Below, one piece after another: positions 22,900-36,345 of a stretch of 64,000 nt of DNA. Source of the DNA: Perkinsus olseni (Eukaryota). A program made the position numbers and the translations under genes. Within the stretch, counting starts at the first letter, position 1, and each line of letters begins with the position of its first letter. The notes beneath the pieces were generated by a model. The model was not told where the DNA came from. It worked only from the letters and a program-made list of their open reading frames with translations, and did no database searches. The DNA lies in contig JABANN010000067.1 of NCBI GenBank assembly GCA_013115125.1, positions 1 through 64,000 on the forward strand, read 5' to 3'.

Positions 22900-25800
22900 C
22901 CGACTGCACACGATAGAGATTGGCTCATCCTGACCCACTAGTCTTATGAGGAACCATGCACCCCATCAGTTTCAGGTCTCTCACCGCCCACCAGTCCTCG
23001 TCGTACCTGAGAGATAATTCCCTCACCATTGTTCGGAGACAGAACGAGACATCCTGACTACAAGTCCAGGTGAACTGAAACGAAGTCTCTCGAGTCATCC
23101 CGCTCATCTGATGAGAACCGCACGGGGTCCCATCCAGAGTAGTCGGCACAAATGCGGAGGACTTTGGAATCCCTGAAACACTTAGCCGGCCCCAAAATCG
23201 CGATTATAAGGGAGACTTATCACCACTGATCCACAGCTGCAATGTATCTCCTCCGACCACCGGCAAAAGTCCGTCTAGAAAGCTCCTCAGCAATCCTCGC
23301 CCAGTCCCTAGAGTCAACCACGAGGTCCACATCTCGGGTATGTGGGAGATGGTCATTATCGCGAACGGCACCTAGAGGACGCAAATTGAAATCCGAGTTG
23401 CATGAAAATCTTACCAAGCAATGTCCCATACATTGCCATATATGATACTCCTAGGGAATCGACGACCTCTAGTACGTCTCGAAGTATTTGGTGGAGAAGA
23501 TCCGAACAGCATAGCGTGCCAAGGTTGGGAGCCGCATCAGATATCTGCATTCGTCATCAGCACACCAAGTTGGGTGATCATGGACTATCACCCCATCTCC
23601 GAGTCGTTCCCGATAGCTCTTGTTGCACTCCCCCACTCTGCTACACGGAGGTGTTCGGCAGAGAAGGTCTGCGGAAGTACTCGCACCTAGCGGCTCACTG
23701 ATCGTCGGGAGAGTCACTACTCCCGCTGAGAGCGCGCTGTAGACCCGGGCCTGGTGAATGGCTCTCAAAAGGGTATCAGGAATTCGCTGACTGTCGCTCG
23801 TGGCGTTCTCGAGTTGTCCCCGGATATATTGCTTGATAACAGCAATAGTAATGGCGATCTGCAGACACTCAAGCCACTTGCCAGTAGCTAGAGGGAGGAC
23901 GAATGGTGCCACCAGAGGCACCCAAGGCAGTACCTCGTTCAGTGTATCGTACAGGCGTTGAACGAATGTCGATGGCCGCGATGTCGGACGATACAAAGGA
24001 GAAAGTTCTACCGCAGAATCTACGAGTTTTCGGGTGCCAATTGTCCACGTGCTCAGGTCGAAGTAACCTTCCCTAGTCACACCACCGGTGACCCATAGGT
24101 TCTCTTCGTAAACTGCAGCACCCGCAGCCAGTCGAACGCCTTGAGGGAAGGTGGGGGACTTGTACCACTTAGGGTGGGACGCAGACAAGTCAGCAAGAAA
24201 GATGCTATCTAGGCCCACCACAGCTACCCAGTAGGCTTCCTCCAGTGATACCAATGTGGGGTTTGTGTGGATGGATCGGAAGGGTATAGGAGAACAGGAC
24301 CATCGAGCAAGGGATGATTCGGCTGCGCAGAAGAGGCCAGAATCGACAGCGAGTACGGCGACTTTATCCATTGCCATAGCTGAGCTGATGCACCCCTCGA
24401 ACGGTAACTCGATCTTCTCTTCTTCCCAATAGCTCTCACTATTGCGAGTCCAGGCGTCTCGCAGGAGAATCCCATCCCAAGATCGACCAGACAGGATCGT
24501 GACGATTCCGGAAGAGAGTTCTATCGATCCGTGGCAGTATCTCTTGACCACCCTGTCAGGAACTCTATTCGCAATACAAACGACCGAACCGTTGTCTTTA
24601 AGAACGCACTTCGTTGATACAGGCCGGTCGAAATCCGTGAGTCCACCGAATATTTCCACGGTATCCCCTTGCGACACTGCCTGGTGGTAGCTGGAAGCAT
24701 CGACATGCCCCTCGACAGACAAAGACTGCCAATGCTTGATCGAGTCGTTGTAGAGCCATACATCGGCAAGCCGTCCCAATGGAATATCTCGGAGTACCAC
24801 CGACCCATGCCGCCCGTTGAGACCAACTTCACGAGACATGTACGAATTAGTAAAGGTATTGTTCACAAGGCCATGACCTCCAATAAGGAGGAGACGGCCT
24901 TCGACGACCACTAAACTGTGGCCAGCACGTGGAGACCAATCGGTGGCCCGATAGCCGACACGGCACCATTCTTTTGAAGGAGCTGGACACTCCCAGGACT
25001 TCACCTTCTTCCTGGCAGCGACGAGTGCAACAGTATTGAACTGCGACTCATGGTAAACTATCCGCGACTCACAACTCTGACTCGACAGCTGGCATCTACC
25101 AGAGCGTACGTCGTAGCTCCCTGACTGACAAAGGCTCTCTTCCAAGCAGTAAGATGAACATTTCTGGAGATCGTTGGTGAAACGATTCAGCAAGTCCTGC
25201 CAAACGTCGCAGCGCGCTCCAAGTGGGATGTAATCGAATTTGCCGGGCAAATCTGAAGGCTGCATCGAGTTATCCGAGTCGCTGGGGCGATACCCACCGT
25301 GAAGGGGGCAAGTAGACACACTGTTAGGTAGGGGAGTCATACCATCGTATGAGAGGCCACGAGCCCAAACGACGCCGATGGCTAAGTATCGCAGCCCATC
25401 ACAAGCAGCACACTGCTGGGGAACCGTGACACGAGGTGTCCATACCGGAGCTGGGTATTCCTGCTGACGCACTTCAAGTGCCTCAATGAGATCTGTGGAG
25501 CCGATGACTTTGAGAGCCTTCGAGAGAGCAGGCGCGTCTATGAGCAGGCTAGACAAGACTAGCCAAAGCCGCTCCTCCTCGGAGTGAGCCCACGCACTTG
25601 CCGATGCTGGCCGACCGATGTTCCTGGACGAACCCACCGATGGCATGCAGGCCTGTCTTATCTCGCGAGATTGAGCTCGGATGAGCTCTAAGATCATCGA
25701 TGACTCTGCACCAACGCCAGCTGGGCATACCAGGACATATTTTCTGACAGACTGTGCCAAGGAATGATGCACCGGTGGTACGCACGAAGAGTCGCGCCCG

Positions 25801-25946
25801 GTAGACCACGGTGGCCTCGTTTGCCAGGACGTAAAATCGAAATCAAAAGTACCCTCCGGAAGGCCAAACTTGGAGCTCGGTTCGTAGTTTGGCGTGTGTG
25901 GGAGCAGCTGTTCAACATACAGTGAAAATAGTAGGGAGAACTTCAT
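22900..25946 (-). CDS. Kelch-repeat / LicD-family nucleotidyltransferase protein (3' end uncertain)
   Basis: Long first exon with Kelch motifs (PRAGHSLVVVEGRLLLIGG, VEIFGG, LWVTGG), a PAN/apple-like CSSYC..C..YD..GRCQLS and a hydrophobic segment; later exons read YMAMYGTLLG/AVRDNDHLPHTRDVDL, the LicD signature. Confidence 0.75.
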
Positions 25947-27305
25947 GACAAAGTTCTAAAGTAAAGGAACAGAGTTCTGGCGAGCTCGACACAGAGCCCA
26001 TATTCAAAGTCGAAGGACACGCACTTCGAGCCGGCACCGGTGTTGGACCCCAAACGGATACACGCGGATTATGAACAATCAACCATCAGTGATAGACTAT
26101 AAGATTTCCCTTGAGTTTTGAATGCGACTTACCAATCACGGATGCAGGCTTGACATGGTTGCTGTGCGATTGTGGTTAGTAACCACTGCCAGTGGTGACC
26201 ACTGAGTGTTCCACTGGCTGAGTCCGAGCGGAGTGAAATCGACCCAACGATGCTGGAACTATCCGGAAATGAATGCCGTGTAATACTGCACAGACATTCT
26301 TGATAGTAAAAAAAGATTGGCTGGGAGTGCTCGAGAGCGACTTGGGACTCAAGAAAAAGCCAACAAGTAATGCTGTCCCGGAGAGCCACTCGGGGGTCGC
26401 AGTGTTCTACACTTTGAACACAACTCTGCAAACCAGAGTTCTACAGCAGGGCATTATCCAGCGTCACCATTGCTACGGACAACAAAGTTCATCCGAGTTG
26501 TTATTGACTATCACGAAATGGCATGAGCATGCTCGGAATTGCCTTTATCGAATCATCTTCGTTGACCCTGATGACGGCGACTCAGCGAATCTGACTACTT
26601 CTTCCTTGGCTTCCAACGTGGCGGTGACTCAGCCCCGGACGCTGTTGAGTGCTGGTTCCAAGACTGCAAACACCTCTGGGCTGAAAACACAAGAAGATCC
26701 TCAGTGAGTAACGCACCCTTTGCCAAAGAAAGGCGGGATGCCACTTTGGCCCCTCGATGCTCTCTTCTAAACCAACAAGTCAAAGGGCGCTGCACTAACC
26801 GCGACGTTATACTGTTCCGACTAGCTCAAAGTTCGTACTTTTACGAGGGTAGCGATGATCCTGCGAGGATGCTGTATGTTTAAATCGCTGATCCTATCTT
26901 GCTCCGACACGAAGCTACGGTAGAGCTGAGCTAAGTAGCGGGTGATGAGAAAAAACCGAGTAAAGATTGGACTCCAAATGGCAAAACCCGGGTGTTGTGT
27001 TCTCAATCAGTCAGCCTCATCACAATGCTGCACGACGAGGTTATTCACTTCCAGTGAAACTCTGCATCTACACACTGAGAGCTACACATGATAAACTTCA
27101 TATTGATACTAAACACAGATCCGAGCGGTACTGATACTGATAAATGCTCAAGAAAAAGAGCGATGACTGCGTCGAAGCGACTGATGTATGGATCATGCTG
27201 AACTCCGGGAAGTATGACGAAATCAAGTTCATTCGAGCTTCACTACTTTGCTCGACAACACGGAAGAATTCCCGGTTGGGTCGTCATTCGACCTGAGGAA
27301 TGCAG

Positions 27306-29374
27306 TCAGATGACGTAAGCAGCAGTAGCCGCGAATATCCGAGGCAAGCAGGAATGACCCTCAACCGCGACTCTGTGGTGTAGGCAATGCTGGTCCACGA
27401 TCGTATGCTCTCTCCCAATCCACTTTCTCTTTCGAGACAGGAGCTCCCGCGGGTCAGGTCCTGCCGGTGAGGCGGGAAAAATCGCAGCTCGAAGCACCGA
27501 ACAATTCACCACTGATGAGTCACCAGTATCCTGTTGTGATTGCGTCTACTGCAGAAGTCATCAGAATGGGATAGAAGTCCAGACTCAGTCTACACAAGTC
27601 TGCAGAAGTTGCACACTCACAACTTCTCCTTTGGCATCAAGCCAACCAAGGTCTGTGGCGGTGAGTTCTTCAATATGCAATAATGCGGGGCATCCCCAAC
27701 TCTGTCCTATTTCATTAAAGGTGTGGACGGAAGTCCAGGCCTGAAACATTAACCCGATCAGACCTTAGTACCACTGCGAATGTACACTGCAACGCGCTGT
27801 CCACGATACAATGATTCTTCGTGCTGGGCGAGGCTCGCTGAGCGAGCAGAACTCGAAGCCAGGTAAAGTGAGTTCCGTTGACGTTGGGTGATCCGTCACA
27901 GCAGAAATAGCACAACCAGTCCCTAAATTAAAAGCAAACTCACAATAGTCCTCTCGGGGTCTTTATGATTCAGCAACCTCATCTTCAACTTGACAGGGGT
28001 GGTAGCTTGGCCCGCTAAAAAAGCGTGATCGAACTAGCGTCGTTCGATGTGCCGGCGATACACTGCGGCCCGTATCATACCTCGCACTCTCAGTAGGTGA
28101 ATGTATGCGGCAAGGCTGAGCTGCCCATCTTCGGATCTGATACCACCGGGGTAAACTGCCACCTGAACAGACATAGAATGGGATGCGTAGACAAATTACG
28201 AACAATGCGAACCCACCTGGAATTTATGGTTTCCCTTCCATGTCGGTGGGGACTTGAATTCATCACCCGGATCATACTCTTGACGACCATCAAAGCGGAC
28301 CTCATGCCACTCGGGCTTCAGAGGGTTTAGGTCCTCTCCTACGATCTGGGCTCGAGAAACCTAGCAAAAAGCGAGACATTCGATCATGGATTATACCACG
28401 ACGAATACAACTCGAAGTTCGTGTTTGAGTGGAATCTCATCGTTATCATGCATGGGATGAACTCGGATAGATCTCGAACGCACTAACTCGTCATCCTGGT
28501 CAGAACAACCCGTCCCCACCGAAAGCACGGGGGACTTCTCCTGTATGGCAACTTGCCCATTCGGAAGTGTTACCGCAGCCCTTAAGACCTAACAGACAAA
28601 CACTGTGCGATAAACTGAGCACTAATTTTTTGACAAACGAGGAACTGACACCGCATAACTCGGTGTTCCTTAGTTATCACAAGGTTCCCGCCTTCATCCA
28701 GCCATCCCTCCGCGGGATTCAATATTTCAGGTACCGTTAGCAAGTCCCAGCCCATTCCCCGGTTCTTCTCGCAGAATTTGTGCACGCCAGACATTACCTA
28801 CGATGGTTCTAGGGGAATCAGTCAGTCCAGGAACGGACTGATAATCGCCAACACCAAGAAAACTCACTGCAGATGATGGCATAAATCGAAGCTCCACTAA
28901 CAGCAGAATTTGCACAACATTTCCGGAGAGAGAACGACCGAGAACCACTCACTCCGCTTCGTATAACCCACTCACAAATGACTCGCTGAAGTCCTCCTGA
29001 TTGATAACACTGATTTGACATTTAACCCCAGCAAATTGACACTGTAGACCAAACCTGCGAGTAATATCATCAGGAATATCCCGATGGCATTCACGTCACT
29101 GCGAAAAAGCAAGGAACTCTGGGATATAAACCCAATTGACACGTTAATCTATCTCTATTCAGCTTACCTTTCCTTCCTTGCCATTCAACATAAGCAGTTA
29201 AATACCGCGGTACACGCCGTGTATCGCCGCGAGGGAAAACGAGTAACTAGCAGAGCGAAGATTGGGGGACTACTGGAGCAGAAGTTGGAATCGACTAGCC
29301 TCGGGCGAACACCAATCCAACGCCCTCTCTCTGCTTGTGCGACAAACCCGAACCCGAACTTTGAACTGCATCAT
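27306..29374 (-). CDS. Tandem MATH protein copy 8 (displaced; divergent N-terminal domain; start uncertain)
   Basis: LVFPRGD..YLTAYVEW; CQISVINQEDFSESFV; HKFCEKNRGMGWDLL..EGWLDEGGNL; conserved block 28214-28321; AVYPGG..LAAYIHLL; HTFNEIGQSWGCPALL..GWLD; VLRAAIFP..GPDP. Confidence 0.72.
28214..28321. repeat. Ultraconserved exonic block, copy 8 (~108 bp)
   Basis: About 2 mismatches to copy 1, although this gene is otherwise the most divergent and lies ~10.7 kb from copy 7. Confidence 0.95.
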
Positions 29375-30750
29375 GCAGTGAACATCCCGTGATAACAGAA
29401 ATCTCCGTCAAAACACCGCAGCTCGTTTACTGAGCGAACACACTACTAATGAAAGAAGATTGGTTCAATGTTTTAGCAAATACATCGGTTAGAAATATTC
29501 TTCAATATCCTATTATGCTCACCTTGAAAGTGAAGGGCCCAGTGGTTAGTGATGGGGATCGGATATGCTGTTGAAACTTGTACTTTTCGAAGTCACTGAT
29601 TTTGAACTCTAACTCATTGGGACCGCACGGTGGTATCTCACCACCTCTCTGCATCGCTGCATCACCTGAGAGCATGGTGAGGGTGAATACTGAGGTAGTA
29701 CACTAAGAACGGCTCCTACTAACACATCCCTCGGCAACAAGGCTCAGTCGCGGAAGGCACCTTGATGACTGGCGCCTGTTCGTGGATCGGAACTCTGACA
29801 ACACAAAAGAGCATCTGAATTAGGGTCCGAGGGCCCATCAGCAGGGCGGGCATGTTATTCAAGCCCTCACGTGGTCCAATGCAAGATTTCTTCTCCCTCG
29901 CAATAATCGCTTATCACCCGTCTATTACCAGCAGTATCATCATTCTCGCTAGTCGTACAGACTTCCTTCGGGACGTTTGAACTCATCTCGACTGTTCGTG
30001 ATCAATCCTTCAGGCAGCACACGGATGTAGATATCCTCGGCTCGAAAAGAAAAACTTCAAAAATGATCACAACCACAACAAACGTAGTGACTTCATTCCA
30101 CAGCTAAACTAAGGCTTCGCGCGAAGAGGATCCACACCCCCAACTCTGAGAGACTTTGTTTTGAAGGGAAATACTCAGCGCAAGGATGGTGCATGCAGAA
30201 ATGGGAAAGTCCAGTTTCCCGATGTACTCGTGCATCGCTTTTCTGGCGTTTCTCTGAAGTCGCTTCACTGAGTCGCGCCCTACGCAGGATAGGCCGAGCG
30301 GATTCAAAGGTCTAAAAGATAGCCACGTTGGTACTCATTAACCACGGATGTCATCCAAGTGCGATTATTTCCTACGCTCCATTCACTTTAATTGACGTGG
30401 AGCATACTACCCGCAGAACAGGGAATGAATTCAAGATCACAGCAAAGATGGCAGTGCCAATCAGTTGCTCACAGAGAATATTAAACGGTATATTTGATCT
30501 ACCAGATTATGCGTATCGCCCTTGTGTCGTGTGCACCCGGTAACAGTTGGACCATCATATCCCCCATCAATTACTTCTACTAAGCACGACAAAGGATATC
30601 AAACTTCACAACCAGTATCAAAACTAGACCCACTCTAGCAATCAATGACGATGCGCCACGTAATAATCAGCAAGATACGATGCATCAAGCTGTGTACTCA
30701 GTAAAAATGTCTTCACGATAGAAATGGACTATATCATCTTCATACGGGAC

Positions 30751-32600
30751 TTAGTGGTGGTGGACCTCCTCAGCAGGATCAAGTCTGTAGAGGTGAGGCT
30801 CGGCCTTCCTTGCCAAATGCCACTGTTGATCCACGAAGAATTGTTCGCTCTTCAGTTGTGCTGCGGGGGCGGGGAGCTAACACAGCAAGAAATCCAGGTT
30901 TGCAACCGAGAGGAAGTATTCCTCACCCCGGTGGTAACTCCACGCATGTGACCGAGAGTAATCGCCATGTGGATGATATCCGGACGTCGATACCTGTGGC
31001 AACATGGTGACTCGACATACACGATCGCCAGACATACATCCTCGGTGATGCACCAAGCTCTTGCTGAACGATGTTCTCCAACGCGGAGTCAGCTTGACCC
31101 TTGGGCCAGTTCGGGGGCTTCCCCGCGTAAGTGCCCGCCGTGGCCATCATCTTCTCTTCATTAACCTACGACCACCGCTGCAAGGATTGCTGGTCTACCT
31201 CATCCCTACCGTATTGCAGTCGCCAATTGCGAAGATGTTGTGTTGCCCGGCAACCTGACGATCACCAAATTTCTGAAGAAAAATACGGCGAGAGGTCCTA
31301 CGTGGAGATAGTCATCAACTCTAATCCGTCCGCGTTGGTCGAAAGTGTGATCCGGTAGTCCACCACTGCCGCGGAGCCAGCTGGTATTAGGCTCCGCCCT
31401 TACACACGGAACACGTCACCAGTAAGTCTTCTGTATCCAACAATAGACCTACCCTGTACACCAGAAAACTAGATCAGGCTTCGCGGAGCTGCCGTCGGAG
31501 AAATGAACCACTCCGGGGTCTGCGACAGCAGAATCAGCTCGACATATAACGCTGTAGTCCTACTCTTGACGAAAGGCTTATCCTTAAACTGCTCTCTGGT
31601 GATGTCTTGTGTAGTCACCCCGGAGCGTACATAAACCTTTCACACACATGAGCGAGCAACCACTTTCCACCAACCCCTACACCAAGCTCCTTCAGTTCAG
31701 ATTCGACCTGTGAGATAAACTCCGACGGTAAAAACCTGAGGATATGACAATGAAACACGTCCGACGAGAGAATAGAACTTACCCTTCGTGGCCCTTAGAA
31801 GCTCCTGGCTTGAGAATACGATTACCCTTCGTGATGATGCTCAGCTTCTTGCTGGGATACTTCTGATTAATCTCCCCAACAATCTCGATGGCAACCGGCC
31901 CACCACCAATGAACATCTATAGTCCCGGATCACGATACCTCACACGCATCAACCTACTATGTCCTTGGCTTCCTCTATTGCCTTAGCGCTTTCCTCGTAA
32001 AAATCGAGAATCTGCTTGGTCATGGTGTAAGCTACAGAACAACAGGATGGGTCTCCGCTCAGGCCTGGCTTAGCACTCACTGACAGGGGGATCAGCAGGG
32101 CCAGTATTGACTGCTCCTGTAGCGATGACCAGGTAGTCATAGGGGATGGTCTGGCCGCCTTCAACAACCACGGCGTTGTTTGCTACGTCAAGACTGATGG
32201 CCTGATGAAGATCCATCTAATGATGCTTTACACCGCATCCCTCACCGGCTTGAAGATTTGATGTACGTTCGACTTGAACAGAGCGTTCTGCGGGATGACC
32301 ATATGCTTTCCCCACTCCGGCCTCACGCAGGCACGCACCCCGCCAAGCTGAGGGAAGGTCGCACTCTCCCCTTGGCTCCCAAGCGAGTATTACTTTATGC
32401 ACTAAACCTGCATACCGCGCTTCGATCTGTGTAACCCCAGCGAATAGATCTTGAGCCAAGATGGTAGCTCCCTGTCCGGCGTATCCTCCACCTGGGAAGT
32501 GATCATATTGTGCAAGCCCCTCAAGGAAGTTCTCACCAACAACCACAAGCTTCTTGTTGGACTGGAAGTTGCGAGGGACCGTGCTGAACATGCTACCCAT
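30751..32600 (-). CDS. AIFM2/FSP1-like FAD-dependent NAD(P)H oxidoreductase (multi-exon)
   Basis: KKLVVVG/GGYAG FAD-binding motif, FIGGGPVAIEIVGEI NAD-binding motif, NIFAIGDC motif; the N-terminus MGSMFS fits MGxxxS myristoylation. Confidence 0.75.
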
Positions 32601-33183
32601 TCCGAACGGGGGTCAAAAAAATATAGCTGACAACACAACTGCGAAAGATTCCCCTTCGTTGCCCAACTACACGCGGAGTGGAAGGGTGAATATGATACGA
32701 CGTATCAAGTGAAACAAGGTCATATTACAATGTGAGATAAATCGAGTAAGGCGGAGTTATACCGAACCTGAGAGACTTGTGAGGATCTAAATACTTACAG
32801 GGTCCACTCACCTCCTCGCTGCGCTCTGGCATTAGATTTGTGATCACTGGTAGGATTGGTGAGACGGTCTCGATCTTGGCGCATCTTCTCGATCTCTGCT
32901 CGGAGAGTCTGGACATATATTGGCGCGTAACTACATAGACATCACTGTATAACTTAAGTACTTCAAAGATTTCACTGTGGCTTTCCGCAGGAAAGAGAAA
33001 CACCAGGCACTTACACACACATATGATCTCCGACGAAAGACAAGAAGACCTGCAGTAGCTGCCGCATCTTCCCTTCAACCAAAGCTAGCGTCCATGGCTG
33101 CTTCCCTAACGATAGCGACAGCTCCCAAGTATTGCTAGACCGTACGTCCGAAATGCTACCTAGACATCCCCGAGGCAACAACA

Positions 33184-36100
33184 CTACAGCAAGTCGCGTC
33201 CGCGCTGCTTCAGTATTGGCTGGGGAGTCCCGTGCCAGCGGCGTTCTCGGGCTTTTCGGTACTGAATAGCACGCATCATTTCAACCCGAAGGGCTCGGCC
33301 ACACTCTTCACCTTCAGCACCATTCGAAGCCGCAGATGTGGTCTCAGTCGCCTCGTCACCAGCAGCGGGTGATGTTGTAGCACCAGGCACTTGAGACGAA
33401 GGTTCTCCCGCCTTCTTGAGTGCATCCTCAAATGACTTTTGCACCCGAGAGGAAAGCAGCCGAATAACTGCTGTCTGTTGACTCGAAGGCTTCTCAATGT
33501 CTCGCTGGCACCTGATATACCCAGCACTTCACCAGCAGAGTGTAGCGCCTCTCAGCTACCCATTCAGCGCAACAATCATTCGGTCCATCTTGCCATTCTC
33601 AATCAGCTCAGCTCTGATGTCCACACCAACCTAACATGCACGACGGGATACCACAGTAAAGCAGGTGATGCAGCTCGGTACCTCGGACATAGCGGTTATA
33701 ATCTCGTGCAAGAGCTCATCGGACGTCGTCTCCTGCTCGGCTGCATCTCCCGAACTCTCGGACTTTTTTCCAGCCGCAACAGCCGCCTGCCTCCCAGGAT
33801 GCTGCTTCACAGGCATCGTTGCAAGTACCTTCGGTAAAAAAGGTTCGCCGACGTAAGCACGAGCTGCCCTACACTCTTGGCCTCAATAACACGCCAGAGC
33901 CTCTCGAACATCTTCGTCACAACAGCAACATTGGTAGTAAGTTTAGTCGGCAGCTTCAGTTGGTGCAAAACTACAGCGATAGCAGCAAGCTCGGCGGTGG
34001 CCATCAGCTCGTGAGCAAATTGTATCAAACATGAAGTGTCCGGCCTCAGAGGTTCGGGTATCTACCAGATGCATCTTACGTCGACCCCTAAGTAGTAGAC
34101 CTTTCACTACCTCATGGCTGTCATGCAAGGTATCTTTGTCAACACCATGGCAACAAAGCTCGGCTAACTCCAGCAAAAGTAGCCTGACCCACAATTTGTT
34201 AACCAACCGTCTAAAATTCGCCCGCTCACCGGCCAGCCAGTTGATGCATGAGAGCCTCCGACTGAAGGCTGGCGTCCACAATACCGTCAGCGTCCTCGCC
34301 GAGTTTCAACAGGCCATTACGGAACATCCTCTTCGAGGCAGACAAGTCCACAACACCGACATCAATCATCTAACAAAGCCTTAATAGCGCGGCACAACTA
34401 CGCCAGCATCGCTAGCACCCTCATGAAATGCTCGAATTCGAGTTGCCTCCTCTCCTTCATAGACACCTGTACAATAGAAAGGATCAAAAGGCGAGCACTC
34501 AGACGTAGCGGTACCTGTGTGGTCCTGTAGCTCTGCAGCTCAGCCTCGAGGACGTCACACTGCTCGAACAAGAACGACAGAGAATTCACTATCTCCTCGT
34601 GGAAGGCCTTCACAGCATCCTGAACACGGGAAGTACCACGATAGTATAAACTTGGGTAGTTCTACCTCGGCTGACGCATATTCATTTAGCGAAGGCTTCT
34701 TCACTATTTCATTATCGTACCATTCCACCGTCTTCTTGTGCGATGCTGGAGATTCAAGGCGATACAGCATATCCACCACGACCTTGAGCACCTGCACAAA
34801 TCGTTAACGCTGCAACCAGCTGCGGCACATCTTTTGGACCCTACTAGTGATGCCCAGACAGAAGTACCCCCGGGGAGGACTCGGGTGCAGTATTGTCACG
34901 CGTTCTAGGAAGATAGTTACACCGACAACACTAGAGATGCCACACAATCATCGGCATCGGGTTTCGATGAGCGGTTACGGCATAGTCAGAGCGTTGAAAC
35001 ACGCTGCACTTTCTACCACCTACCTGCACGAATGTCTCTCTATCGAAGGCTTGATGCTCTATCTGCTGCTTGAGGAGTTCCAGGTCCAATCGAGAGGCGA
35101 ATTCGGCCTGTCTCGCCTGCAGCAGTACACAATGAACTGTCCACCTGTTGTAGAGGACCAACTTGAGGTAAAAAACTGCACATTCTCGATCGGAGCTCAG
35201 CCAATCTGGCGAAAACGAAGGAGTAGTCCGGCGGTCGCTTCTGTAGGTCTTCTCTGTGCAAGTCCCAGAACGCTCTGCAACAACGACACTGTCGAGATTT
35301 CGGTGCACCAAAAATTCAGCACCTCTTAAAGGTCTTGGCAATTCTGTCAGCCATCTCCTTCTCCTTATCGTCAGTGAAGGCCTGGTTCATGTAGCCAGAG
35401 ACTCCGGACCATGTCAGCTCAGGGCATGTACGGACTAACGGGCCGTCGAATGTTTCCCAAGGAAAAAAGAAATTTGTCCCTCTTACGAGTATGATAGAAC
35501 AGCCATTCACTTGTGACGAATGACAGAGCGTTCGACAGCTGCTTCACATTGCGAAGACCAGCCTCGCCCATCCGGACGTGTACCTCACCGAACCGCATTC
35601 TCAATGACCCGATCTTCGTCTAGCCTTACCTCTGCTATTAACGCGCGAAGACGGTCGACCATATCTGCTGGTGGGTACTGACCATGGGCGGCGATATTGC
35701 GCAGGAGGCTGAGCGGAACCCGTAGCAGCACAACGTCCATTCATTTTCTACCTGTCCACTTCATCAACTAACTTCTGTTTGCTGCGCTTCAGCGAGCGCG
35801 ACTCGTCCAGGAGGCTTTCACTATGGTGTATACTGGTCAGACATTCAGTATACTAACAACCGGTCATTAGTCACAGTACCTCTTTGGAGCGGTTCTGCCT
35901 CCGTGCTCGGTACTGCTCCCAATGGCAGGATTGCCAGACTCGACGTTCGGTTCGGACTCCGTCATGGCTGAAGCTGCCTTGTCAGGCCTAGCAATACGAT
36001 CGACTGGGCTCTCATGTTCGACCAAATTTAGCATTACTCTGTTAGCTTAAGCTCCTCTGGGGCCTGGAATATCTTCCGCGGGGAAGGTGTGGCCTCAATC

Positions 36101-36345
36101 TCCTCCGAAGATACGCTCTCAGCCCTCGACGGATCAATAGGCTGACCGGCGGGGGTGTTGGGTGGCGTAGCGTCACCCTCCTCGGGTTGGGAGGTGCCGC
36201 AATCACTCTCATCCTCGAGGTCCCTTCGATGGGTCTCGTAGACCTTGTAGGCACCATAGCCAGCCGCGGCGACTAAACAGACCGCACTGGTAACCTTCAG
36301 GATCGCGGTAAGGCTTGAGCCACTTGTAGGGCTACCATGTGGCAT
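33184..36345 (-). CDS. TCP11 (T-complex 11)/Sok1-like domain protein with N-terminal membrane anchor (multi-exon, ends approximate)
   Basis: Hydrophobic VTSAVCLVAAAGYGAY near the start; exons ELRSRMCSFLP / EFASRLDLELLKQQIEHQAFD / LYRLESPASHKKTVEW / ERRQLEFEHF resemble the TCP11 domain. Confidence 0.6.

Noticed and set aside
1351-28321. Diversity-generating retroelement template/variable repeats
   Set aside because: No reverse transcriptase in the window, and the differences are not adenine-specific.
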